Origin: Cladosporium halotolerans
Taxonomy: Eukaryota
Assembly: GCF_011745625.1 (NCBI RefSeq)
Contig: NW_027191491.1
Location: forward strand, 62,001 to 126,000
Reading direction: 5' to 3'
Length of the DNA: 64,000 nucleotides
The position numbers and the translations under genes are program-made. The notes under the pieces were generated by a model, which saw nothing but the letters and a program-made list of their open reading frames with translations, had not been told where the DNA came from and did no database searches. This document shows, in pieces, positions 11,377-23,156 of the stretch. Each line of letters starts with the position of its first letter. Position 1 is the first letter of the stretch.

Positions 11377-13220
11377 ATGGACGTCCTCAGACGCGGATCG
11401 TCTTCCTCAGGCGCAGTCAGAGCCAACTCGGCCACTGCTGCCGACGCCGACCTGGCGCGAATGGGCTACACGGCTGAGCTGCCGCGTAACCTTTCCATGC
11501 TCTCGGTCCTTGGATTGTCGTTCGCTATCATGGCCGTGCCCTACGGCTTGTCGACGACGATGTACATCACCTTGACGGACGGGCAGAGCGTGACGGTGCT
11601 CTGGGGCTGGGTGCTCATCAGCTTGATCTCGATCAGCATTGCGGCGAGTTTGGCGGAGATTTGTGCTGTTTATCCCACTGCTGGAGGTGAGGATCGATTT
11701 TGATTCCACGTTGGCGGTATTCTCTTACTGAATTTCGAATAGGCGTCTACTACTGGTCTGCGATGATGTCGACCCCCGAATGGGCACCCATAGCCAGCTG
11801 GGTCTGCGGATGGTTCAACCTCGTCGGCAACTGGACCGTAACATTATCGATCAACTTCGGCGGCGCGCAATTGATCCTGAGCGCGATCTCACTATGGCGG
11901 GAAGACTTCGCACCCACCGCCTGGCAAACCGTCCTCTGCTTCTGGGCCATCATGCTTGTGTGCTTCCTGATCAATGCATTCGGCTCGCTGTACTTGGACT
12001 TCATCAACAAGTTGTGCATCTGGTGGACCGGCGCCAGCGTCATCATCATTATGGTCACGCTGCTGACCATGGCAGACGACAAGCGAAGCGGCGAGTTTGT
12101 TTTCGCTCACTACGATGCAAGCGCTTCTGGATGGCCCGCTGGATGGGCGTTCTTTGTTGGTCTCCTGCAGGCTGCCTACACCCTGACCGGCTACGGTCTT
12201 GTCGCGTCGATGTGTGAGGAGGTCCAGAACCCTGCCAGGGAAGTTCCCAAGGCGATGGTCATGTCTGTCGTGGCTGCTGGCATCACTGGTATCCTTTACC
12301 TCGTGCCGATTCTGTTTGTTCTGCCGGATGTGCAAACGCTGCTTGATGCTTCGGCTGGTCAACCTGTTAGTTTCCCTTTCCCCGAACTCTCTCAGTCCGC
12401 AAGCTAACCAAGGCCAGATCACCCTCTTGTTCAAGATGGTCACCGGCTCCGCAGCAGGCGGCTTCGGCCTCCTCTTCCTCATCCTAGGCATCCAGCTCTT
12501 CGCCGGAGCCGGCGCCCTCACAGCCTCCTCCCGCTGCACCTACGTAAGCACCCAGGACACAGCTCTCAAGCGCCTCCAACCCATCCAAACACTAACAATC
12601 AACCCCAGGCTTTCGCCCGCGACGGCGCCATCCCCGGCTCACGCCTCTGGTCGCGCACCAACAAGCGCCTCGGCGTCCCGCTCTGGGGCCTCGTGCTCTC
12701 GACGATGGTCGACTGCCTGCTGGGCCTGATCTACTTCGGCAGCACGGCGGCGTTCAACTCATTCACGGGCGTCGCGACGATCTGCCTGTCGTGCGGCTAC
12801 GGCCTGCCGATTCTAGTGTCGGTGCTGCGGCGGCGCGAGCTGCTGCGCGCCTCGACGTTCTCGCTCGGCAGGTTTGGGTACGCGATCAACCTGGTCTGTC
12901 TGTGCTGGATTGTGCTGGCTGTAGTGTTGTTCTGTATGCCGGTTAGGTATGACTTTACCCCTCGTTCTATTTCGACTTGTCCGGATGCTGAGCTAACTTC
13001 CAACAGCCTTCCCGTCACGGCGACGGATATGAACTACGCGTCGGTCGTCTTTGCGGGTTTTGCGTCGATCAGTATTGGGTGGTATTTCATCCGCGGCCGT
13101 AAGCACTTCCGCGGACCGCCGGTTCCGGTCGATGTCAGCCCGACTGTTAAGGGACAGTCGGTTGACTTCGAGAACGAGACGGGGTTGAAGGAGGGGGAGA
13201 AGGGGTTCTTGAAAGAATAG
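11377..13220 (+). CDS. APC-superfamily amino acid/GABA/polyamine permease, UGA4-like (introns 11687-11742, 12366-12417, 12544-12608, 12947-13006)
   Basis: SLAEICAVYPTAGGVYYWS, MCEEVQNPAREVPKAM, SRCTYAFARDGA, MNYASVV; multiple TM segments; canonical splice sites. Confidence 0.9.
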
Positions 13221-13551
13221 GCGGGCAGTCTTGGAAATTGCGTATTGTGCCATATTTCACGTCTGGGCGGTATCTATTTTACGAAATGGAAGGCGGAATC
13301 TTTGTGGTTTTGAAGGGTTTCCCGTTGTTACATGAGTTCTAGTCCTCTCCGTGGGCATTCGAGAGCCCATGCAAACTCGTCACCGATGATGGAGGAAATG
13401 CTCAATGCTGCTTCTTGCCATGCTTCATACCGTTCACGCTCCGCTTCAACTCTCCCGAGACGTTCCTCTACCCTCGCCCATCAACCAGACCAAAACGCCA
13501 AATGCATGCAACTTCCGATCAGCAGCACTCCAGTATCAAATCAAACTCCCA

Positions 13552-15770
13552 TCAAACACCCCTCCTAACCTTCCCCGCAGACCCCAACCCCTCCCCATCC
13601 GCCTTCCTCTTCCCCAACGCCGACTCCGGCGTCCTCGTCCCCTCCCTCATCCCCCCCAACGAAGCCAACGCCGCCGCCAGCGAACTCTGCTGCTGCGTCG
13701 CCGGCGCCGCCGGCTGCGCCTTCACCTGCTGCTGCTGCTGCTGCTGCTGCCCGCCCCCCAAACCCGGCACCGACCCCGTCATCTCCATCAAACAAGTCGC
13801 ATGCACCGCCCTCCCGCCATTATACACGGCGTTCATGAACACCCAGTCCTGCAGCGCCTCCGGATGGCTGCTGCGCATCTCCTCGTAGCAGATCGGGCAC
13901 TGCAAGCGCGTCACGCCCGCCGGCGCGCGGATCCACAGCTCCTCGGGCCGCTTCTCCTTGCTCGCGCCTGCGCCCGCGCCCTCGGCGCCCGGCGCGTGCG
14001 CGTCCGCGACCGAGGCGTCGAAGTCCTCGAGCGCGAGCCAGGCGCGCGCGTCCGGGAACCAGTTGCGGTGGTGCGCGGCGCGCGCGGCGTCGGCGAGCCG
14101 CTGGTTGACGCGGAAGTGCCAGTCGAGGTGGCGGGATTTCTGGGCGCGGCCTTCGGGCGTCGCGGGGAAGCGGCGGCCGCAGGTGGAGCATTGGTTTGGG
14201 CGGGAGGTGTAGAGGGCGTGCAGGAGGGCGGGGCGGAAGGGTTTGAGAGCCGCGTTGGTGGGGGGGATGGAGGGGTTGCCGGCGGGGGTGGTGGGTTCGT
14301 GGGGCGTGGTTGGGGTCGGGGCGGCGCGGGAGGGGAGGGCGGAGAGGAGGGCGGCGAGGTCGGTGGGGGGTGGTGGTTGGTTGGCGGGTGGTTGTTGGGG
14401 TGGAGCGGTTGAGGGCGGTTTCATGAGGCCGGCTTTTGTGAGGGCTGCGAGGAGGTCGGTGCCGGACTGGGGGGTTGGGGTTGAGGCGGCCTGGGATTGG
14501 ATGTTGTGGAGTTGGGCGTGAGGTGCTTTTTCGAGCGAGGGGGCCGCTTCGCGGATTTGTGGTGTGGTGGGTTTCTGCGTGTTTTGGAGGAGAGCCGCGA
14601 GGGAGCCGAGCTGCTGAGGGTTGAAGGCTGGCATTCCTGGAGGTGGTGGCTGCTGCTGCATGAAAGGAGGCGGAGCTGAGGGAGGTTGTGAGAACGGCGC
14701 CGGAGGCTGGAAGGGGAATGTCGGTGTCTGTGTTGCTGGCGCTGGGGGTTGCCATTGGGGTGTCGAAACGACAGGAGGCGTGACTTGAGGCTGAGGAGTC
14801 GCTGGTACTGAAAGCTGAGCGATCTGTGCAGCGATGGCTTGCAGAGATGCAGGAGGCAGTTGCTGCATGTTCAGGATCTGCTGAAGGTCAAGCAATGCCT
14901 TCAGCTTCTGCTGTAGCTTGGGATTGCTAGGATCTGAAGCGAAGTCTCTTTGGGTCTGAGCGATGACACCGACAAGGTCACGCTTGATGGATTCGGCATC
15001 GGTGCGTGGTTGCTGTTGCGGTGGCTGTCCGTATGGGTTTGTATTTTGAGTGGGCGTTGACTGGAAGGGAGGCTGCAGTTGTCCGGGTTGTGGCGTGTGC
15101 TGCTGTCGCTGGTACTGATATTGTCCTGGCGGCGGCGCAAATTGCCCGTTCATCTGCGGCGGTGTCGGCGTGTTCTTGTAGCCGGCTTGGGGCAAACGCT
15201 GGTGCTGCAGTGCCGCGGTCTTGGCCTTGATGAGTGCATTCTCAATCGGCCTGACGACTTCGGGCGGAAAGACAGGGCGCTTGTCCATAGATCCGGGTAC
15301 CGGTTCTTTCCAGGTCTTGAGCATACCCTCCATGGCCCTGCGAATGTTGCTGTCGACTAAGGTGTATGCTTCCATGTATGTGCTGTACAAGCCGCGGCCG
15401 AGATAGACCGTATAGGGCGTGCCAACGTTCTTTACGATTGAGTCCAGCACGTACAGGGCGGGAAGCTTCTGGGTGGGTGTTGCCTATCGCGAACTGTCAG
15501 TCTCATGATCACAGTGGCGGAGTCGCTCCGACTATAGAGGCGCCGTTCAGTCATCCACTCAGTGGGTAGAGACCTTACCGTTTTTATGTGGCTTTCAAGA
15601 GCTTTTGAGATAGCCTGAGCGTGCTCAGTACTCTCTTTGGCGATGATGGTCAGATTGCTGATCTCATAGCGATTGTTCTGCGTCAGGTCTCGAAGCGAGT
15701 CTGCAAAGTCCTCCGCTACCGCGGCTGAGGCGGCGCCAGACATTGAAGCTCTGGGCGAGAGGGAAGACAT
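13552..15770 (-). CDS. PCF11: mRNA cleavage/polyadenylation factor Pcf11 (intron 15484-15578; start 15770 or 15743)
   Basis: CID domain (LRDLTQNNRYEISNLTIIAKE...QKLPALYVLDSIVKNVG); C-terminal zinc fingers CSTCGRRF..HLDWHF and CPICYE..WVFMNAV..HATC. Confidence 0.93.
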
Positions 15771-16711
15771 GACTTCAGAACGACGACTTCACAAGGCGGC
15801 AACTCTGCTATCTATCATGCACCGTCTCTGCGAGCAGAGAATGTCGGTGTTTGCACAGTGCTGTGTTTGTTCAAAACACAACGCTAGCTTGGGTGGTTGG
15901 GGATGAAGAAGAATCAGATCACGCCGGGGAGTCTGATGAGATGCGGCTGGTGATGCGGGTATGCAGAGCACGTGAAGAAAAAGTGGCACTACGGCCTTCT
16001 GCCACAATAGCGAGAGGGCTGCAAGTAGTGGCTTTTTGACTAGCTAGAGATCGCACTTTTGTTTCTTTCTGCAAGGACTTCTCGGTCTCCTCGGTGGCAG
16101 TGCGTTGCACTAGACACGGTCTCCTAGCTCTTGAATCCTTCCCCCGATGACAAACGCCTGTCTGCAACCAGTTTCTATTCTGCGCGATCCAGGGTGATGC
16201 TCTAAGCAAGGTGGCCGCGGTAGTGGTCGTCGCAGCGTGGCTTGTGACAGGGCGGCGGTGACGCGGAAAGCGACAGCTTTTGAGCACGTGAAACTGATGT
16301 GCAAATTGCGTACGTCGCGCTGAGTGTCAAGAGGGATATTGTCGAGATGAAGCGTCGCGGTGGTGGTGATGAAGATTGCTGACTACGAAGCAGCGCGCTG
16401 GCGCAACTGTTGTAAGTGCGCTGGAGGTCGGAAGCGGGAAGCCCGCGCTTCGGGCCTTCCCATGTTGTTTGCTGCAGCTCTGGGATGCCTGAGGCGCGCC
16501 ACGGCAGCGTCATACGCCGGCGTCATCGTGAAACCCACCATGCATCGGACTTGCCGCAACCATCCATCCCTTTCTTATACCTCGTATTGCCAGGCAGCCG
16601 GTCGCAAGGACCAGAGTCCTTCACTGCTATATATACTGCAACCGACCCCGGCCGGAGACCAGCTCAAGTTACCAATCGAATCAAACAACCAGCGAACAAT
16701 TAATCGCCACA

Positions 16712-17370
16712 ATGAAGCTCTTCCTCACCACCTTCCTCGTCGCCATCCTAGTGGCACTGGCCATGGCCGTCGACCCGCAGGAGCAAAAGTCCATCATCGT
16801 CTCCTACCCCAAGGACACGCCAGAGTCCGAGATGACTGAACTGAAGGACGCCATCCACAAAGCGGTACGGGGCCGGTGAAGAATCTGGACTTCGTTCTTT
16901 CGCTAATTTCTTGGACAGGGTGGGATCATCACGCACGAGTACAACCTGTTTGGTAAGTCGAAGCAGGAAATCTCTTCTTGGGTCGTTCCGTGCTAATAAA
17001 CTTCGCAGTATGTCTCTTCCCATCACATGTTGCATCTCCTCCCGACGCCTCGCAGAGATCCCGCGATCTCCCCCGATGACTCGCACTGCTCCAGATGTTT
17101 GCGACCGTCGCCCGTCAGCGCGTTACAGTGGTAGAGGCGTAGAGCACGAACGCGCTGGAGAAGTTAAAGCATCTCCACGGCACGGGGATGACCCCGATCT
17201 TCGATGCGGTGGCGAAGATGACACGGTCGGCTGACTTTGCGATCTCACAGATTGGCCTCGCCGCGAAGGTGCCTGCGTACTTCGTTGAGACCATCCGAAC
17301 CATGGGCGAAGACCACGATGTCACGGTGGAGGATGACCAGACGGTCTCGATCAACAGCGAGAGTCCCTGA
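16712..17370 (+). CDS. Small secreted I9-family (subtilisin propeptide-like) protease inhibitor, 101 aa (exons 16712-16864, 16919-16951, 17251-17370; second intron is a stwintron)
   Basis: Signal peptide MKLFLTTFLVAILVALAMA, then KSIIVSYPKDTP...AIHKAGGIITHEYNLFIGLAAKVP...VTVEDDQTVSIN, the fungal I9 pattern. Not in the ORF track as a single ORF. Confidence 0.85.
16952..17250 (+). other. [D1,2] spliceosomal twin intron: internal intron 16953-17008 interrupts the donor of the external intron (G16952 + 17009-17250)
   Basis: TTT-G|GTAAGT..GCTAAT..CGCAG|TATGT..GCTGAC..CACAG|ATT. Removing the internal intron creates the donor GTATGT. Confidence 0.8.
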
Positions 17371-19739
17371 TCATAAAACAGCAAACTTCGCCACCGGGAA
17401 GCTCAGCTCGCCTCCCTGGACCTCCGGCTGACTGCACGGGGCCGTTCCGGAAGCGGTGGAATGTGGCTGCCAGGGCACGACCAATGAAAATTGCAATGGA
17501 CACGAAATGCAGGAAGCATCCTGCGCGGCGTTTTGGGTTAAGGCACGAGCATCGATTATTAAGGCACGAACATGGTCCACGGGTGGGGAGCTGGCTCCCA
17601 CAGCGGAAGTGACCCAGACCTGAGCTGGACTTCCGCGGCGCAATGAGAGACACAACTATTGATTCTTTCCTGAAATGCAAAGACTTGCTTCCAATGTGCT
17701 GAGACCCCGAATGCAGAAAGATCGAATTCCACGCGAAACATCCTTGAAAACCGCGTTGTAGGGCGATCCCCCTCCGTGCAAGAGACCCGGTCCCTCGTTT
17801 CAGACACCATTAGCAACGGATTAGGGTGCGTGGGGGATTTCCCGTGCAGCGCCTCGCTTCGCCTTGTCGCGTACGCATGTACCCGAGCTTGCGGTGCGTA
17901 CGTACCCGGCATTCCTGCGCTCGCTAGCTGCGCCGATTGGCGCGCACCTCGCATCTCCTCGCAGGCCAATGATCGGGCGCAGCGCTGCGTGGTTTTTCCC
18001 CTCTGGCGGCCGTGGCGGAGCGCAAGGCCCACCGTCGACCATGTGCCGTCACGTGCGGCGAGCGAACCTAGAAGCTCGGATTCGCGGGCGCGCACGGGCA
18101 GCGTCGGAGTCGACTGCGGCGGCGTCAACAGGCGAGGGATGGCGTCGGAGGCGGCGAGACAGGGCGCAAGGTGGGTTCGCGGGCGCGCGCGGCGCGAGGG
18201 ATTCGGGGGCGTGGCGTCGCGATGAGTTTAAGCCATACCAAGGCGCGAAGCGAGCTCCTGCTGCTGACTTGCAACGGCCTGCCCCGCATTCTGGAGCAGC
18301 AGAGTTTGGGCCAGGCGACACCGCGCGCGCGGTAAGCGTGCTGCAAGGCAGGGCATGTGGACGACACCCGCCGCCGCCGCCCACCGATCCAGTCCCACAC
18401 GCTGCCAGACCGAGCTCGCCGCCCTCACTCGTCGCGCGCGCGGGCACAGAGCTCCAGTTCCAGTCCGCGTGTGCGATGTGAGACGCCCGCCCACGCCCTG
18501 CGCCCGCGCACATGCCCATGTGCCCTCCACCGCCAACCGCTCTCGCCTCCACGCCGAGCTCGGCCGGAAGATGCCATGCCATGCCACGCCCTGCGCCCAT
18601 GCCTCGCCTCACCGGCGGGCGCGCAGCCAGCAGTCAGAGACGGCCGCCAGAGCTGCGTGCGCGCCAGCCAGGGCTGAGGCCGCCCGGATGGCTGCGTGGG
18701 AGCTTGTCTGGCGCGGGCGGCCTGGTTGGAGGCAGCCAAGGTAGCAAAGCCAGGTATCTCAGGTATCCCACGTACCAGCCAGACACGAACGCAGGCGGCC
18801 ATGTGCTGCGGCTGCTATTCCTGCGGGCGATGGCGCACCCCCGATCCCTCTCCTGACGCACCGACTCCGCCGCCGCCGTTCCCCCATCTCGTCACCACTT
18901 GCGGCTGGACTCGCAGGCACGCGCGCTCTGGCCTTCCTGCTGCTGCCGCTGTCCACGGGCTGCGTTGCACTGCACAGCGCGGGCAGTACCTTGGGGAATG
19001 AGCCTGCGCGAGCTGCTCCAATCACCCCGAGGCCCCGCCGCGCCTGCCGACGCCCTCGCGCACGCAGTGGCCGGGTGAAGATATCGGCTTCGGCATCCCG
19101 AGCCAATCAGTGCCGAAGCCCTGCGGACCACAGGCAGCCGCCACGCTCGAGGCGGACCCGGAGCGCAGGTGCTGTGGCAGCCGTGCAGCTGCGCGCCCAC
19201 GCCCACGCCCACGCCCGCGCCCTCGCCGTTGCGCCCAGTCTGGTACCGGCGGGTCGCCCGCAGCGCAGAGGCGAGCAGTCCGGCGCGCCTCGTCCACCCA
19301 CCGCCGCCGGGCGAGCCCGTGTTCGCGCGTGGCTGCTGCTGCGTCGCGCGGTGCTTGCCGGGCAGGCATGTGCTGGTGCTGGTGCGGGCGTTGGTGCGCG
19401 TGCAGCGGTGCAGCAGAGACAGAGACCGAGACTGGGCAGAGAGCGCAGAGTGCAGAGTGCAGCACCGCAAGGCCGGCTCAGGCAGGCGCAGGCGTGGACG
19501 TGCGCCGCTTGCCTGTTTGGCCTGCCAGCAGAGGGCTGGACCGGTCGACGGCGCGGGGCCGGCCTGTCGCCGTTGCTGCCACGCTGCCTAAGGTACCTGA
19601 CCTGCTGCTCCACCGTCCACCGCCGTCCGCCGACCTCCTCAGCGCCTGAGAGTCTCCCGTGTCGGCCTGCTGGCCCCTCCACGCCGCCGCCGCCGCCGCC
19701 GCCGTCGTGCCTGTCGTCTGGTTCCAAGCATCCCAGCAC

Positions 19740-19803
19740 CCAAGCATCCGCGCATCCACGCATCCACGCATCCACCGCATCCACCCGCATCGCGTCCGCA
19801 TCC
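19740..19803 (+). repeat. Degenerate (GCATCCAC)n tandem repeat upstream of the bHLH gene
   Basis: gcatccgc gcatccac gcatccac gcatccacc gcatccaccc gcatc. Confidence 0.7.
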
Positions 19804-20242
19804 CGCCTCTGCCCCAGCCCGGTACATGCAGCGCCGTCATCCCAGTCCATCACATCCGCCCCACCTCTCCTTCGCCCTGCCCTGCCCGCCTCCCACTCCC
19901 CCGGTCGCCTGCTGCTCTTGGCGATGTCGTTGCAGTCACAGTCCGCGATACACCTCAAGACACGCCGCCGCGGCTGAGGTTTCGTGTCCGCCTTGAGCTA
20001 CACGTCCCCCTCGTCCTTACCAAGAAAACACCGCCTCGCCCCCCAGCTGAACCTGCCTGTGTCTCCCCCAAACCCGCTCTCGTCGCCTCTGCCACTCCCC
20101 GTGCCTTCTCATCGGTCAGCCCGTCGGCCTCGGCGAGCTTTCTGGACACTGTCGCCCGCAGCCTGCTACATCAGCCCGCAGTGCCCGCTCATATCTGCGT
20201 CCCGGCTTGCCGGTTCACCCTTGCACCTCTGATCCTCCCTCA

Positions 20243-21346
20243 ATGACAGCTCTACAACCCAGCTTTGCTCCCTCATTCTTCGGTCACGGGCCTTTCGACA
20301 ACATGCCCGACCAGCCCGCCGATCAGGACTGGCAGCACCAGCAGCACCACAGCCAGCAGCAGAACAATTACATCCCGCCCATGCCCATGCTGACCAACCA
20401 ATGGGCACCCCAGACCCAACCGCAATCGGCCGCGCAACAGCAGCGTCAGATGCTTGGTCTTTCCGGAATGGACCGCCGCTTCTTCCACGAGGAGAACTCC
20501 TCGTACATGCCTTATACCGGCCCTGGTGCGTCGAATAACCTCATCTCACCGGGCTTCCCACCAGAAAGCACCTGGTCCGACATGGACATCGGCACACCCT
20601 CCTACGGCTCCCCAAACGACCCCCTGGACTCCTACTCCCAGTCCCAAACCGACAACACCCGGCTCCGCCTCCCCAGCAACGCCACCGCCAAACACCACAC
20701 GCCCTCCCTGAGCCCGCACCTCGACGGCCCTGATCCCATGTCCCTCGACCAACACCATCATCAACAGCAAGCCCGCCCCTCCCTCCCAGGCCGCTCCCAA
20801 ACCGCCCCCGCCGGCAAAAACCCGCACTCCACCAAATCCTCCAAAGACCCCACCATCAAATCCTCCATCAGCGACGAAAACGAAGCCGAGAGCGACGAAG
20901 ACTTCGTCCCCTCCTCCGAATCCGCCACCAAGCACCTGGCCCACCCCGCCCACGCCACCAACCCAACCACCGCCTCCAACCGCGGCCGCAAGCGCCAGCG
21001 CATCCCGCACACGGCCGTCGAGCGCCGCTACCGCGAGAACCTCAACGCGCACCTCGAGCGCCTGCGCCAGACCGTCCCTTCCCTCGCTTCCCGCCCGCCG
21101 CCGCCTTCCTCCGCGCCGCACCACGCGCCGCAGCTGCTCGCGGACAGCGCACGTCCGAGCAAGTGCGAGATCCTTAACGGCGCCATCGAGCACATCGGCG
21201 GACTGCAGCGCGAGAACGACGGCTTGAAGGGCGAGGTCAAGGAGTTGAGGGCGCGCGTCGAGGAGTTGCAGCGCTGGTGCAGTGCTGCGCTCGGCAGGGC
21301 TGGGGCGCCGCAGGGGGGCGGGATGGGGGTGGGGTTCGCGGGGTGA
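20243..21346 (+). CDS. bHLH-zipper transcription factor with SREBP-type Tyr in the basic region (SrbB-like, no TM domain)
   Basis: RKRQRIPHTAVERRYRENLNAHLERLRQTVP...PSKCEILNGAIEHIGGLQREN followed by a leucine zipper. ATG at 20243. Confidence 0.88.
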   Translation: MTALQPSFAPSFFGHGPFDNMPDQPADQDWQHQQHHSQQQNNYIPPMPMLTNQWAPQTQPQSAAQQQRQMLGLSGMDRRFFHEENSSYMPYTGPGASNNLISPGFPPESTWSDMDIGTPSYGSPNDPLDSYSQSQTDNTRLRLPSNATAKHHTPSLSPHLDGPDPMSLDQHHHQQQARPSLPGRSQTAPAGKNPHSTKSSKDPTIKSSISDENEAESDEDFVPSSESATKHLAHPAHATNPTTASNRGRKRQRIPHTAVERRYRENLNAHLERLRQTVPSLASRPPPPSSAPHHAPQLLADSARPSKCEILNGAIEHIGGLQRENDGLKGEVKELRARVEELQRWCSAALGRAGAPQGGGMGVGFAG

Positions 21347-22591
21347 TGATTGTCGACGGGGAGTTGGGGGGTTGTAGGTGGGTGTAGGATTAGGATTGGG
21401 GCGGTGTTTGGGTTGCATGTGGTCGGCGATGGGGTTTTCGGGTCAAGGGTGGAACAGATACCTCTGGGCGAAGGGGCCGTCGCTCTCGCGTGTTTGTGTC
21501 CTTGGTTCTATGTTTTTTTCCCCCTTTGGGGCGGCGCGAAAGGAGTACTGGGGATCCTCTCGACCCTGGCGGGAGGGAAAGGTACACACATGTACCTCAT
21601 GGGGATCGGGCACGGAAACGGAATGGGACTTATCACAGGAACTTTTTTCCCTAATCTTGTTTTTGGTTTTGGAGAAATTGGTGCAGAGATCAACGGTATC
21701 CGGAGTTGCTTTCTTTTGGTTTTACTTTCTATTTCTGATTTAGTTCTATTCTCGTTCGAAGTTTACTTGTTATCACTTGTTTGTTCTCTATTGGGATTTG
21801 GAGTTTGGAATCCACTCAGCTCGACTTGAACGCGAGTGGGCGTTTTGTGCTTCTCAATCGAGTACCTAGTCACGGGCGACCGTCTTTGGTGGATTCCTCG
21901 CGGAGCGACGATGCTTTCAACTACGACTGACGAAAGGTTCTGAACGGGCAAAAGTCGTCTTAATGACGCTGGGTTGGTTTTGTTCGCGATAGTTGTCTTG
22001 TTCTGTTAGTCAAGGCGGGGTCTAATGAAATCGAATCAGATCAACATGTAATCAAATCAGAGCCAAGTGCCCTTGTATCATTCCATAAGCCTGGCATCCA
22101 GCCACCTGGCGTCGGTGCGAGATTCGTGCTAGCCATGCCATGCCATGCCTCAGGGGCTCAATACAGACTGTTCGCACAATATCCGAACCCTCTCCTACAA
22201 CGACCAACTCGACTCCCGCCAATTCGACACCCGCCAATCTCTAAGGTAGGTAGTCTGACCAACGATCCACCAAACGTCCCCGCGAACTCACCCAAACCCC
22301 TTCCGTCGCCTCCAAAAGAGACCGAGCCCAGCCTCCACCACGTCCACGCTCCCCCGTCGACACCTCAGCCTCCTCCTCCCCCCAATAACGCCCCCCCGTC
22401 GATCGACCCATCCCCTGCCGCGGAGCAGCAGCCTCGCACCGCGTCCACATTCAGCCACGCACGCACGCACACGCGCGCGCGCGCTCACACACCGCCTTCG
22501 ACGCCCGGCCTGCAAATCTCCCCTCCCTCCCTCCCTCCCCGACGCCCGCGCAGCAGATCAGCTGCAACCCGGGGTCTGGATGTGACGTGAC

Positions 22592-22627
22592 GGGCAGGGC
22601 AGGCCAGGGCAGGGCAGGCCAGGGCAG
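22592..22627 (+). repeat. 15-bp tandem repeat (GGGCAGGGCAGGCCA)x2.4
   Basis: Read directly from the sequence. Confidence 0.8.
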
Positions 22628-22957
22628 CTCGTGCGGCTGACGTGGCGGAGTGCGTTCGTGTTTCTTTTGCTTTTTTGCTTTTTTGGATTTCGGGTTTGTG
22701 CTTGGGACTTCTTGACAGGGTAGGAGTAGTGTCCGTTACCTCACCTTGCCGGCGCTATTTTCATTCGGTGTGGGGGTTGGGACGGTGTTGGTGTTGGTGT
22801 TGGTCATGAGGTTGGGCGATGGGGAGGGTGGGATTTGGGGGGCGAATCTATTTTGGCTTTTGCGTTGGATTGCTTTGGGAGAGAACAGGCTGAATGAAGG
22901 GGCCCACAGTCCGGGGATGGATGGGGACTTGGGACGGGGGAGTGGGATGCCACCTCG

Positions 22958-23008
22958 TGTGGCGTGGCGTGGCGTGGTGTGAGCGAGGCGTTGCGTTGCG
23001 TTGCGTGC
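22958..23008 (+). repeat. Pentanucleotide microsatellites (GTGGC)n/(GTTGC)n
   Basis: gtggcgtggcgtggcgtggtg...gcgttgcgttgcgttgcg. Confidence 0.7.
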
Positions 23009-23156
23009 GACGAAGTGTGCTTCCGAAAGTAGGTACCTTACGTTACATCACCCGGACCGAAACGCATTTTTGGCGTTGAGCTTCTAGCAACGCGACTTCA
23101 TTCTGCGCAAAGCGACTCCCTGCCACGCAAACAAAGCAACACCGACTCACTCAATC

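Noticed and set aside
17009..17011. TAT micro-exon followed by a GTCTCT donor as an alternative to the stwintron
   Set aside because: Poor donor, and G+TAT (4 nt) does not restore the frame.
17776..20246. Numerous long overlapping ORFs (up to 328 aa) on both strands
   Set aside because: Arg/Ala/Pro-rich, no domain motifs or codon bias; by-products of very high GC.
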